From Chlorokybus atmophyticus (lineage: Eukaryota > Plantae > Mesostigma and Chlorokybus algae): 64,000 bases of DNA. Made by a program: the position numbers and the translations under genes. The DNA lies in the NCBI GenBank assembly GCA_009103225.1, contig RHPI01000026.1, forward strand, positions 951,745 to 1,015,744, read 5' to 3'. Positions 10,147-22,600 of this stretch are shown piece after piece; the first letter of the stretch is position 1; every line of letters starts with the position of its first letter. The notes under the pieces are model-generated. The model made no database searches, was not told the origin of the DNA, and saw only the letters and a program-made list of their open reading frames with translations.

Positions 10147-12426
10147 CTACTTGCACAGCTTGCCAGCCACCCATGCATCGTCAACAACATTCAGCTCAGC
10201 GTTGCCGTAACACTTGTTGGCATAAACCCGTCCCGAAAGAGCTTGCACACCTGCGATCAGCAGCAGATGTGAGACACACATACATGTGTGTGCGTGTACT
10301 CGCGTGTATGTGCATTGTTGCAGTTGACAGAGTTTGCGCACATTGTTGTTGCGGCCCGTCCCGGTGTAGTACGCCCAGTACTTGCAGGCGAGGTTGGTCT
10401 TGCACTTGTGGCAGCAGGTGTCAGAGTCGCGGACGCCGTTGATCCACTTGATGCAGTCTAGCAGGAAAGTCTTCCACAAGCCCGTGGACACCGGCCTCGA
10501 GCAGAACGACTTACACTCCTTGATACCGTTGAGACGCTTCTGCACATGCCAAGATCCAATCATTTGTAGCAAGATGCATGTAGCCATTCACGCCTGCGCA
10601 CACGCGCCTGCGTACATACACGCCGATGTGCGCACACACGCACTTATAGCATTGTCAACACACCTGTTCGTAGAACCTATGTTCGCAGATGCAATCATAG
10701 CCGCTGGTCAGAGGCTGGCAGCGGCCGTAGGTGCCGCACGGGTTGGGGTTGCAAACTGTGCACACGGATAGTCAAAGAGCAAACACTGGCGTGTGACAGG
10801 CAGTCGCACGCCAGTGTGCATGTTTACGTGACCAATCTCCTCTTCACGTAGGCACTCACCATCAGGAGTAGGTGCCGGTGGCAGTGGCGGTGGTGAGGGT
10901 GATGGGGGTGGCGGCTGTGATATCTCTTCGAAGGTGCGCAGTGTAACTTTTGATGCATTGATGACCCACAGGGCATCTGCTGCGGGAGGATGATTATACC
11001 CCTGCACGCCCATGAAGGCGTGCGGGGCGTAGGCGCCAGGACCAGCTGACGTGACCGTCCATGCACCCCCATTATCTTGTGCTCCTGTTGATATACGCTC
11101 AATGTCAATACGAGATGTGGACGCAATGTTTGTGTGCGCCCTGGTCTAGCCTACGTGCGCAAATACGCGCGCACCTGACCCTCGGTCATCCCATACAGAT
11201 TGTGCTTGTCCAGGGCTGGCCAGGGCTGCACGCAGAGTGACGAAATATGGTGCCTCTTTAGGTGTGGGTGCTTCCTCATTGGAACCCCCCCCGGCGCTCC
11301 ACAGGCACCCCAGAGCCCGGTATCCTTGCGGCACGGGACACCAGATGCTGTACGTTCGGGGGCTTCTCATCCTCCACACGCGCTGCCAGCCGAAAGGGGA
11401 GGCTATTGGTGGCCATCCACGAAAAGCGGGTTGAGTGTTTAAGTCGATGGTGTCGTCGCTGCTGGGCGACGACACCATCGACTTAAGCAACACACCAGGT
11501 TTGCAAGCACATACAAAGTAAGTCGCTAGGCAGCCACAAGCACTGGCACTCAACACTCGGCATCAAAGACGGACCCCTCCCCCCCCCCGTCCCTTCGTAC
11601 AGTTTGATGTTTGGGTCAATGTGGCCAGCCGTCGCTGTTTGCCGAAGTATTAGCCTTGATGGGGCTTGAAGAAGGTCACATTCTTGTCAGCCGTGGAGCC
11701 CTCATCATCTCCCGCGAATGCAAGCTTGAACAAGTTGGCATTGATGGCTGACACGTCCCAAACTTATTGTGGGTCGGGAGCGGGAGGTTTGAGGGCAGGT
11801 TGACGAGTTGTGTTAAGCTCTGGAGCGGGACCCTAAGGCCATTGACAGCATGAAGAACTTCTTGAGGAGGAGGAGGATCGCATAAGGCCGCCCGACGAAG
11901 CTGAGTGGGGCATTGTTCCCTTGCGTGGCTGAGGCCTCTCACACAGTGCCGTCGTCCTGAGCACCTGCACATGTGCACGCGCAGTCGTACAGCATCAGCA
12001 TGGTTGTTGCGGGCATGTTGTGCACAGCGCGGGTGGCTGAACTGGGAGAGAACACACACAACACCGCAAACGCGCTCAACCTAAGCCCCGGTCGTTCAAT
12101 ATGAACCTTGCTTGGCCTTGGACCACCAGGTCGTCGCGCAGTGTGACGAGTCCCACGATTTCGCTGGGGTCAGGTGCAGCGGCGTCTGCCTGGCCGTTGC
12201 CTATACATGAAGTATACCGCCAGACGCACCCCAGGGTGGTGTAGCCAGGAGGAGGTACCGGGCACCAGATGCCAAAGGCCACATTGCTCCTGAGGAAGCC
12301 GCATTTGGTCATCCCCCAGATCCTGTTCCACCCCGCGGGAGGGGTGACAGCTGGCGTGTTGTCTTGGGGGGAGTCGAATGCGGGGCCCTTCCCGTACAGC
12401 ACCACCGGAGTGCCCTGGCTGCGCAC
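10147..12426 (-). pseudogene. Vps62/DUF946-like repeat + Pro-rich linker + EGF-like + PAN/Apple-like multidomain gene, disrupted
   Basis: Repeats W..IW..(S/G)IWCPVP.GY..LGC.W....VTLR.......W.DRG.G|AQD.G..W at 12426-12076 and 11450-10930, plus a third decayed repeat near 11780-11630. Spliced PTPD|VCNPNPCGTYGRCQPLTSGYDCICEH (EGF) and DTCCHKCKTNLACKYWAYY..|VCKLF (PAN). Contains in-frame TGA/TAA and frameshifts; 5' end unresolved. Confidence 0.7.
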
Positions 12427-12430
12427 GCTC

Positions 12431-12556
<126 letters not shown>

Positions 12557-12914
12557 AAAGGCCCTCCAATAACTGAGGCGGACGCGGTGCTCGCGTAGCG
12601 CAGTGACGTGCACGTGTGGGTGGGTGTTTAGGGTTGTATGTGGTGTATGCGGGCAGGCATGGTGTAGCACTGACAGCCAACACGTACGTGACCATCGTAA
12701 TAGAGATTTCTCATCAATTCAATAAAAAGAATCTTAATCTCACCGCTGCAGGAACTTTGCTTGTTGGCATAATGGCTCTGAGGTAGTAGGTGATCTTATT
12801 AAGCGGTCCTGTGCACATCACATGCGAAGTGTTAATATGCAACATGCATGCCAGCGCTGACATTTTGTTTCTCCATTTTGTTTATTCATCAAGCACACAG
12901 TATTATACAAGCTT

Positions 12915-12963
12915 ACACCAGCACCGGGCTATCACAGCGACTGTGATAGCCCGGTGCTGGTGT
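12915..12963. repeat. Perfect 23-bp inverted repeat with 3-nt loop
   Basis: ACACCAGCACCGGGCTATCACAG-cga-CTGTGATAGCCCGGTGCTGGTGT. Confidence 0.97.
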
Positions 12964-14580
12964 TGCATGCTTGTGTGCAGTATGGAGGTGCGCAAGACTT
13001 GCTGCATGTGATGCATGGCGTTGAAATGCATGTCTACAACATTGCCACGCTCATCCTGTACACTATTCCTGCATCACCTACTCCACAATACATGCCTTCC
13101 AGCATCTATACCGCAACACGATGCCGCACCATCATCTGCACAGTTGCATCTGTCGGCATCAGACCATGCTGTTGTACGCGTGCTGCAAGACCACATGATC
13201 CTTACACAGGTGGACAAGGCAGCTAATGCTTTTGCTTCTGTTTGCAAGTCATACTACCTCCGAGTGCTGCATGCTGAATTGTCTTCATCGACCTATCAAC
13301 TTGTGGCTCATGAGACTGCAGAACAGGTGTTGGCCAGGCATGACACTTCCAACGAACAACACGATCTCAAGACTGTCCAACACGGTAGCCCAAAGCTGCC
13401 ACACTTCTACATGACAGCTAAGATGCATAAGGCTCCACTAAAGCTGCGGTTCATTGCACCGCTTTTGCCACTTCTCTGGCTGATGTCTGTGTGGCTAACA
13501 CGTGCTTACAAGTTCTTGAGACCAGTCGCTGACGATTTGTGGGCACCATGTGTACATGACCCTATGGTGCGACAGTCATGGGTCCTGCAAGACTCACAGG
13601 GTCTCAAACGGTGGCTGCTCTACCTCAAGACATCCTGTACCATGCAAGAAAAGCAACAACCCGTACACCTGGCTACGTATGCTTTTACTACTCTCTACAC
13701 GTGCATACATCATGCTGAGTTCCTGATGCGCATGCAGAGTCTAGTTACTACAGCTTTCTTGTACATGCACATGACGACTCTTGCTAACACTCTGCAAATT
13801 ACGGTTTTCAATGGCATTGCGACGCATAGTTGGGCTGCTGAACACACCATCATTACTGAGGGGCAAACCAGAGTGTTTTTTATACCGCTGAGGGGTTGCA
13901 TGCTGTACTAACCCATGGTGAGTAACATGTATGTGCGTCTTGCAGCGGACAGGTTGCATCAACAGGTCATTGGGATTCCTATGGGAAATAGCGCAGGTGT
14001 CTACCTAGCCAACAATTTCCTGACATCCCTTGAGCTAGACTGGTTGAGGTTACTCAAACCTCTGATGCCTCGTCCGTTATTCGCACATTATGCACCAGGC
14101 ATTGCACACTTTGTTGATGATCTTTTTGTTGCGGGTGTGCCAAACTTTGCTGACGTGATGTACAAGTCGGAGGGTGCAATAGCAGGAGGCATCTATCCAC
14201 AAGACATGTTGACACTGGCTATGACCGCTCAGGGAGTGCAACTGCCTTATCTTGATATGCTTGTGTTTCAAGCACCTGACATTAATGTGGTGACCCGTTT
14301 GTACAGTAAGCGGAGAGAAGCTGCATTTGCACAACTGCCGATCATGAGAGCACCTCATCCGGCGTCCAACATTGCCAAGGCTACAAAGCAGAACGTGGTT
14401 GTGTGAAAGTGCTTTAGGTTCTCTCGGATATCCACATATCGTGCACACTTCCTGGCAGAGATCACGCGCCTCCTGGATGATATGCAGGCTATGGGCCACA
14501 GCTGGAGAACTTTGCTGTCTCGCTTGCGCACTGTGGTGTGGTCTAGGCCGGGATTTGTATTGAATGGCATTTACAGGTAA
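12960..14580 (+). mobile_element. Penelope-like retroelement reverse transcriptase, decayed (Naiad/Chlamys-type signature), no endonuclease visible
   Basis: Motifs VDKAANAF..CKSYY, LPHFYMTAKMHKAPLKLRFI, WVLQDS, TYAFTTLYT.IHH, QQVIGIPMG..LANNFL, HFVDD, GIYP, YLDM, LYSKR..P..SNI..RFSRIS. In-frame TAA at 13909-13911 and TGA at 14404-14406; final stop at 14580. Confidence 0.85.
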
Positions 14581-15011
14581 TTGCATCTGCTGCAGCAACG
14601 CCACAGGTGGGATGAACACTGGTAAGTGAGGTTAGTGAGGTGAGGATGAATGTGTGTATTAGCACACAACGGAGGGGAGCATTTTCGTGCCCGCTGATAG
14701 TGCATGACACACGTGACTGTGGGTGCTTAACACTGACACTAACGGCTACAAAATTATCCTGCAGCCTGCAGCCGTTGTGAGTTGTGAATGGCGGGTGTAA
14801 GCCGCGATTAAGACAGCTGGCAGCGAGGGGGCTGGTCGTGGTCGTGGTTCTGGTCGTCAGTCTGTCCGGGCCTAACCTCTCCCTCTCCCTCTCCCTCTGC
14901 CTCTACGCTGTACTGTGCAGGTACAGCTGCTGCGCCTCCTGTCGGCATCTTCCTTGGTTGGTTGGCGTGCACTTAGCTAGCCAGCCCTTACAGCACTTAG
15001 CTCTAGGATTC

Positions 15012-15086
15012 GTGGTCGTGGTCGTGGTCGTGGTTGTGGTTATGGTTGTGGTGGTTGTGGTGGTGGTGGTGGTTGTGGTTGTTGTT
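15012..15086. repeat. (GTGGTN)n/(GTG)n microsatellite
   Basis: Direct; a shorter related tract lies at about 14833-14858. Confidence 0.9.
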
Positions 15087-15243
15087 CTTGTAAATGAAAT
15101 TGCTGGTGGGAAGGAGTAGACATTGGGTATGTCACATACTAGCTTAGCGCGCCTGTCATGGGCCTGCGCTGTGAGGCCGCGTGTGTGTGATCCTTGGTGT
15201 TCTACCACTCTTGCTGTGCATATGTGTTGGCTTGGCTTGTGGA

Positions 15244-15494
15244 TTGGGGGCCCCTCTCTTTTACCTTATGCCTTCCAGCATCGGAGTGACTTGCTGGTGC
15301 TGCTATTGATTTGTAATGTTGAGTGGGGGTGGGGGCCAGTGTCCCCCACCTTGCATTGACACTGCCACTTGGGGGCCCCTCTCTTTTACCTTATGGCTTC
15401 CAGCATCGGAGTGACTTTGCTGGTGCTGCTATTCATTTGTACTGTTGAGTGGGGTTGGGGGCCAGTGTCCCCCACCTTGCATTGACACTGCCAC
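15244..15494. repeat. Two tandem 125-126-bp near-identical structured units
   Basis: Units start ttgggggcccctctc at 15244 and 15369; each contains ccagca..tgctgg and gtggggg-ccagtgt-cccccac..gacactg. Confidence 0.93.
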
Positions 15495-15539
15495 CAACCC
15501 CGATGTGTATACCAATCAACACCCTTACGATGCGCATGG

Positions 15540-16050
15540 GCAGACAACGACACTGCCATCATGTATATTATATTGGCTGCTGAGCGAATCCTTCAAAAGA
15601 CAAGTTATAGAGGCCGGCATTGTATCAGTCCCTGGTCAGACTCGTCCACTTGGAAACCACCAACGGCATGTGAGGACATCACCTCATGCTCCGTTGCTGT
15701 TGTTGAAGCTAGCGGTTGAGTGGTTGTTGTTGTCCCAACACAGTCACGGGAAACCCCGAGTGCCTACATGTACCTTAATTAAAGAACATATGTGCATTTC
15801 AAGATTCTTTGTACCTGTACCATGCTGTGAGCACACCTCCCATCCCGGGGCCGCAGTGAGCGCCCATCACATTATGTTTGGTCGCTTGCAGCCTTTCTTT
15901 GAAGCGGTTCCATAGTGACTGCTTTATGACATTGCTACCCTATTCGGCGCATGTGAGCCCAAAGTATACAGCAACAGCAAGTGTTTATTGTTGTAATAGT
16001 CCGAGAGAACTGCATTGTGGCCCTCTCAACATGCAGATCATGTATATACA
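15540..16050 (+). pseudogene. Decayed copy D of gene X (3' part), convergent with intact gatB
   Basis: WLLSESFKRQ..TACED..ccaacacagtc..gaaaccccgagtg and GRLQPF..KRFHSDC..SPRELHCG are homologous to copies A and C. The downstream spacer 16050-16350 is homologous to 1000-1290. Confidence 0.55.
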
Positions 16051-16356
16051 GCACTCAAAATCCACTTGATAAACACCGCTGCGTCAACAAGTCAGTCGTG
16101 CAGCATGCACGAGGGCTCTAAACAGTGCTTACTATGTGCAGTGCAGTTGAATTTCCTCCAAAGTGTGTACACTATGCTCTGTGCAACCATGAATACCACG
16201 CAGACGTTGCACATTGACGATTTCCACTGCAGCATATGCATGCTGTCGTGATAATTGGCATGAGCCGAACTGGGCTGCTAGGAATGGAGCATTATACTAA
16301 ACACTGCTAACCTGAGTGAGTAACTTCCAATCTGGCCTGTCTCAAAGTGACCCTTA

Positions 16357-19308
16357 TCACTTGGATGCAGTAGCCAGCTCGCCGTCCAGCTTTTGCGTTA
16401 GCAACTTCTGTGTCAGTTCGGGATCAGCGCGTCCCCCGGACTTTTGCATGATCTGCAACACACACGCTTATGAATCTGAAACTGCACTGCAACAGACGCA
16501 GCATGCAAGACAGGTAAACATACTTGTCCAACAAAGAAGCCTCGTACTTTTGTCCGTCCCGATCGGTACTGTTCCAACTGCAGTACCACATGGTGTTAAG
16601 GTGATGAAAACTCAATACACCCGATACAAGCACGCGCTCACGCAAGCATACATGTGCGTGCATCGAACACTGCCCTGAGCTAAGCCGGCAAGCTTAACAC
16701 TCCAGTAGTCTGCTATAGTCGTGCCCCCCCACCTGCTTTGGGTTGGAGTTGACTACCTCATCAATTATTTTCGCCAAAGCATCAACGTCCGAGATCTGCA
16801 CATGAGACGCGTTGGAGTAAACACAACGAAAGGAGGCAAAGAAGAACTCTGTCATGCATACACAGCAATATCCTCATGTGGCAAGCAAGGCAAAGTCACC
16901 TGTGAAAGGCCTTTGGCCTCGACAAGCTCGGCGGCACTCCCGCCAGTGCGCAGAAGCTCCGGCAGCAACTCTTTGGCGATCTTCCCCGAGATGGTGCCCT
17001 TCTGGATGAGATGTAAAAGTTCAGCCAGAGTCTCTGGTTTAAGAGCGATCTCTGCAATGGACAACTTCTCCTCCTTGAGGAACTTCGTAATGTCGCCCAT
17101 CATCCAATTGGCAACAGCCTTCGGCTCAGCTCCTGCTGAGCATGCGGTGTCGAAGAAAAGCGCATTGGTTGCCTCGTCCGCCAGCAACAGCGCATCCGCA
17201 AGCGGCAAGCCAAGGTCCAGGTACCGCTGCCTCCTCTGCAACAGGTATCGCTGTGATCAGAAACCTCTCTGGCATCAAGCAATCAAGTACACATGCAGGC
17301 AAGCAATCATGTGCACGCCCACAAGCACGGTAACGAAGACAGCATGCACACACACTCAAGCATACATGCAGGCAAGCAATCATGTGCACGCCCACAAGCA
17401 CGGTAACAAAGAAAGCATGCACACACACTCAAGCACACACGCATGCATGCGTGCGCACACAAATGCTCCACGCTCAGAACCTTAAGTTTTGAGGTGCTGT
17501 GACGACGGACTTGCACATGCATGCACGAACAGAGAGTGGATACAACACGACAGCAAAACACAACTTGAAGTGCTGTGGTGATGTAGTCTTTTTTGTAAGT
17601 CAGTGCTCACCTCATCCGGCAGCTCTGGTAGTGTGCTGCGCTCATTTGCCAGTACAGCATCCGTGATGCGCACTTCAGGAAGATCTGGCTCAGGGAAGTA
17701 CCGGTAGTCTGCCAGGCCCTCTCTGTGCAGACATAACTATCAAGTTAATTTGCCAACTTACCATTCCTATCTACCTGTCAAGATGCTTGTTAACGTACTT
17801 CTTTCGCATGGTGATCGTTTTCTGACCGGCTTCATCCCACAGCCTTGTCTCGTTCACAATTTCCTGCCCCCGACCCGCTTCATGCAGCGCTATTTGCCTT
17901 GCAATCTCAAAATCCGCTGCGCGCTGCATGCCTACAAACCATCAGTTAAAACTTGAACCTGCCAACCATCTGTTCAAGGAACACGCGCGCATTGTAAGAA
18001 AGACATTATTAAACTGTAGCTTGAAGCAGCCTGGGTTAGTCAAGTGCATGCAAACATACACGCCAAAGCGCACGCATGCAAACGCATGTGCACCTGAGAA
18101 AGAGTTCATGTTTTTGATCTCCACTTTGGTGCCCAAAGGCGTGCCGGGCCAGTGCACTGAGACATTGACATCGCAGCGCAGGCTGCCCTGACTCATGTCG
18201 CCCGCAGACACACCAAGATACCGCACAATGCGCCGTATCTCAGCACCATACTCGGCCGCTTCAACCCCCGACCGCAAGTCAGGTTCGGACACAATCTCCA
18301 GCAATGCCACGCCGGCGCGATTGTAGTCCGCAAGGCTGTGTGAAGACCCCGACAGCGCGCCCGCAGCTGACCCCTGATGGAGGAGCTTCCCCGCATCCTC
18401 TTCGAGATGGCAACGCACAATGCCCACGACACGTTGCTCACCGCCCACCTCGGCCGGGAGGGTTATGCGAAGCCTCCCCTCGTGGCCGAGCGGGGTGTCG
18501 CTCTGCGTGATTTGGTAGCCCTTGGGCAGGTCCGCGTAAAAGTAGTGCTTGCGGGCGAAGCGCGTGGTGGGGGCGACTGTGCAGCCGAGCGCGAGGCTCA
18601 CGCGTAGGCCCGCGCTCAGCAGCGACGCATTCAGTCTTGGAAGCGAGCCTGGCAAACCCAAGCACGCTGGACACACGTCCCCATTAACTGCTGCTCCGAA
18701 CCCTGCCGCGCACGAGCAGAACGCCTTGCTTACAGTGCTCACCTGCATACAAATCGCATATGCTCTCTGCTACCATAAACACCAGCTTGTGTGCAACTCT
18801 AAATTAAAGTGCAAAGCGCGCATGCGCGCACACTCTGTCACACACTCTGGCTGTACGAGCAGCGCCCACCTGGCTAGCAGCAAGCAAACGCTGCAATGCC
18901 AGGTTATGTGATGATCATCAACACTGCACGCAACAAGTGGCGTTTGGCCATACAGCAACTACTCCACCAAGCATTCAAACGCTAAGGTGTGAGATCCATG
19001 TACAGTCTAAGCATGTAACACGTAACGTGACCCATGCCACTGACCTGCACATGGGTTTCCACTCCAATGACGGCCTCCCACTCTCCAGCAGCAGCTGAAG
19101 CTGCCGCAAGCACTGCCGCATTCCCCCGCCCCTTCTGCAACCACCTCAACGCCGCAGGATTGTGCGCTTTCAGCTGCGCACCCGTGAAGGAGGAGCTGCA
19201 GGCGGTCGATGAAGACGACAACGGCGATGAGGACGGCAAAGGCGCCGCATGCACACGAGACACCCTCAAGCACACCCCCGGCCCAACCGCCGTCGCCGCC
19301 GCCTGCAT
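16357..19308 (-). CDS. gatB: Glu-tRNA(Gln) amidotransferase subunit B, organelle-targeted, 8 exons
   Basis: Transit-like N-terminus, [116 protein letters not shown]|[15 protein letters not shown] introns join in frame. Confidence 0.96.
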
Positions 19309-19340
19309 TGTGCGCAGGCTAAAGCCTACCGCTTCGCCTC

Positions 19341-19349
19341 AAACCCTAA
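19341..19349 (+). promoter_or_regulatory. Telo-box (AAACCCTAA) in the gatB/TPS divergent region
   Basis: Exact motif 33 bp upstream of the gatB ATG. Confidence 0.55.
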
Positions 19350-19632
19350 CCCGGTCGAGTACATGCTGGCGTAGGTGTAGACGGCGGCGGCGGCGGGGCG
19401 GGGAGGAGGACGAGGAGGAGGTGGGGGAGGAGTACGAGCGCAAGGAGGAGTACCAGGGCAAGTGGGCCGAAAGCAGGGTGGCGAGGCCATGCCAGCCTGC
19501 CGTGCGGGTAGGAGGCGGCAGGAGGGGACGGCGGTGACGTGACAGCAGTGGAGGCTAAGGAGGAGGAGCAGGAGGGGGAGGAGGCATAGGAGTAGGTGGA
19601 GGCGGAGGACCAGGACAGCGTGGCCGCCTGCC

Positions 19633-22600
19633 ATGGCGGGGTTTGGGATCCGCACCAGGCGGACGCAGTGGGACATGTCCGGGCTGGACGGTGCTCTTGC
19701 TGCAGCTGCTGCTGGAGGAGGGGGAGGAGCAGGAGCAGGAGCATTAGCAGGAGGAGCAGCAGCAGGTGCAGGAGATGGCAGAGGGGAGGACGGCGCGGCG
19801 GTGGACGACATGGATAGTTTGGAGCCATGGACGCCGACCTCATCGTCCCACCAGAGGCTGGTGATAGTGTCCATGCAGCTGCCGCTGAGGGCGAAACAGG
19901 CGCCTGAGACAGGGCAGTGGGAGTTTGAGTGGGATGAGGACTCACTGGTGGCGCAGATCAAAGATTGCATGGGCCTGGAGAGCCACCTCCGCGTGGTCCA
20001 CGTCGGCACCCTCCCTGTTTATATTGAAGATCCGGCCGAGCAGGACCGCATTTCCGCCCACCTCGCCTCCACCTTCGCCTGCCTACCCCTTTTCTTAGAC
20101 GAGCGCCTCTACGGCAGATTCTATGACGGTGAGTCGTCGTTGTGATTGTTGTGTCTTGATTATTGTCATCGTTGTCATTGCTGATTGCATTGCTTGCAAT
20201 GTGGTCCGCTTTGTCAACTCTAAGATCTGTATAGACTCACATCTTACCTGCAATGACATTGTCAGGCACAAGCGCCATGTCTGTTGAGAGAAGTGCATGC
20301 ATGTTGTGTAAATATGCATCGGCATGAGTTGCTGCGGGCTGTTTCATCAGTGCACTGTATGTACGACACGTTGAGTCTGCTGCCAAACAAGCATGTCAGC
20401 CTGTTAAGGTCAAGGAGACGGAGGTTTGCTTGTTGCATGTCGTTGCATAAGGTAGCTTGTGGTCTTGACTCTGACCTCTGCTTTCAAGTGCAGTGCATGT
20501 GTCAACAGCTTACTTAATTCGTCATGTAATGTTGCAGGCTTTTGTAAGCAGTACATATGGCCCCTTTTCCACTACCTGCTGCCACTGCACCCTGAGCACG
20601 GAGTGCGTTTTGAGCGCAACCATTGGCAAGCTTACGTCGCCGCCAACAAGAAGTTTTCCGACAAAGTCATGGAGATTGTGAACCCCGACAGAGACTACAT
20701 CTGGATACATGATTACCATCTGATGGCGCTGTCCACATTTATACGCAGAAAGTACAACAACGTGCGGCTGGGCTTCTTCCTGCACAGCCCATTTCCATCA
20801 TCAGAGATATACCGTACTTGCGTAGTGCGAGAGGTATGCACATATGTTGCATGGCTGCAAGCTTGCGCTCAATGTTGCATAGCAAGTGTGGTCAGTTGTA
20901 CTAATCGCTTTGTCTGTGGTGTACAGGAGCTTTTGCGTGCTGTTCTCAATTCAGACCTGATTGGCTTTCATACATTTGACTACGCTCGCCACTTCCTCAG
21001 CTGTTGCAGCAGGTGCATGCAAGTATTCATTGGAATTGTTGTTTTTTGCTGCTGTTTCGCTGATGACTTCTGCTTGCAGGATGTTGGGACTAGAGTTCGA
21101 GTCTAAAAGAGGTTACATTGGCTTGGAGTACTACGGGCGCACAGTATCAATAAAGATAATGCCGGTTGGCGTGCGCGTAGATCGTTTGATTGGAGGGTTC
21201 AAGTGGCCAGAATGCCAATGGCGGCTTGGGGAGCTGCGGTCACAGTATGAGGGCAAAACCGTGTTTGTCGGCATGGATGATGTCGACCCCTTCAAAGGGC
21301 TGGCTTTCAAGTTTCAAGCCCTGGAGATCTTCCTCGAGCAACATCCCGAATGGCATGGCCGCTTTGTGCTTGTGCAGGTCTGTTGTTTGCAGCAAGTTGT
21401 ATGTCTTAAGTTTGATGACGCATGTGCGAAGTATATGACATACTGACACCTGCGCGTGACTGGACAAATGCCAGGTTGCAAACTCAGCTCGCGGTAGCGC
21501 AAAGTTTGAGCAGTTGCGTGAAGAACTCCGGCATCAAGTTGCTCATATCAACTCGAGGTGGGTGAGGTGCAGCTCTTGACTTGTTTATTGGAGTCTTCAT
21601 TGGACTTATGGTTGATGTTTCATCTAAATGTAGATTTGGGTATGATGCTGTGGAGTTCTTGGAGCGCCATGTACCGCTACACGAGCGCATTGCACTGTAC
21701 CATATAGCGGAGTGCGCCATCGTAACCGCCGTGCGCGATGGACTCAACCTTGTGCCGTATGAGTACATTGCTTGCCGGCAAGGCTTGACAGACGAGGACG
21801 CGAATGCCCCTCGCTCATCGTCACTCATTGTTTCTGAGTTCATGGGCTGCTCTCCTTCCTTGTCCGGCGCCATTCGAGTCAACCCATGGGATGTCGAGTC
21901 GGTTGCAGATGCAATGTTCACTGCCATTTCTTTACCAGATGCTGAGCGGGAGTTGCGGCACGCAAAGCACTTTGCGTATGTTGCGCGACATACTGTTGGG
22001 TATTGGGCTCAGTCGGTTGTGGCAGATCTGCAACGCGCGTGCAGGCGGCACTCGCTGTTGCGTTGTTACAACCTCGGGCTTGGTCTGGGCTTCCGTGTCG
22101 TGGCGCTGAACCCAAACTTCCGTAAGCTTGAAGCCGGTGATGTGCTGTCGTCGTACGCGCGGTGTCGGAATCGTGCCATCCTGTTGGACTACGACGGCAC
22201 AATGATGGCAAGCAGCAATGCGCACGCGGGTGGGAGCAGCAGCGGGGGCGCGGGTGGCGCATCCCTTGCACACTCGCGCACACCTTCGCCAGATGTCCTC
22301 ACTGTGCTGCAGCAGCTATCTGCTGACCGCCGCAACCATGTGTTCATAGTGTCGGGACGCGACCGCCGCACGCTGCACAACTGGTTCGGGGGTATTGAGA
22401 GACTCGGTCTCGCCGCTGAGCATGGCTTCTTCTACCGTTGGCCTGGTGCTGACATGAAAGCCGCCAGCTGGGACCAGTTGTTGCCCGCCTCGCAACCGTT
22501 CTTGTGGAAAGAGGTGGCTCTCCCCATCATGCAGCAGTACATGGAGTCCACGGACGGGTCGTACATTGAGGAGAAGGAGAGCGCGCTTGTGTGGCATTAC

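Noticed and set aside
14404-14406. In-frame TGA in the PLE ORF as possible selenocysteine/read-through
   Set aside because: The position corresponds to a non-Cys residue of the thumb region, and the same ORF also has a TAA and a 5' frameshift, so decay is simpler.
13015-14580. Telomerase, LINE or LTR-retrotransposon assignment for the RT
   Set aside because: No TERT T/CP motifs, APE endonuclease, protease, RNase H or integrase; motifs fit Penelope-like RT.
15244-15494. CRISPR-like array
   Set aside because: Only two long adjacent units with no unique spacers and no cas genes, in a eukaryotic context.
12600-15660. Hammerhead or HDV ribozyme near the PLE
   Set aside because: No CTGANGA..GAAA core or HDV L3 motif found by eye on either strand; a covariance-model search is still needed.
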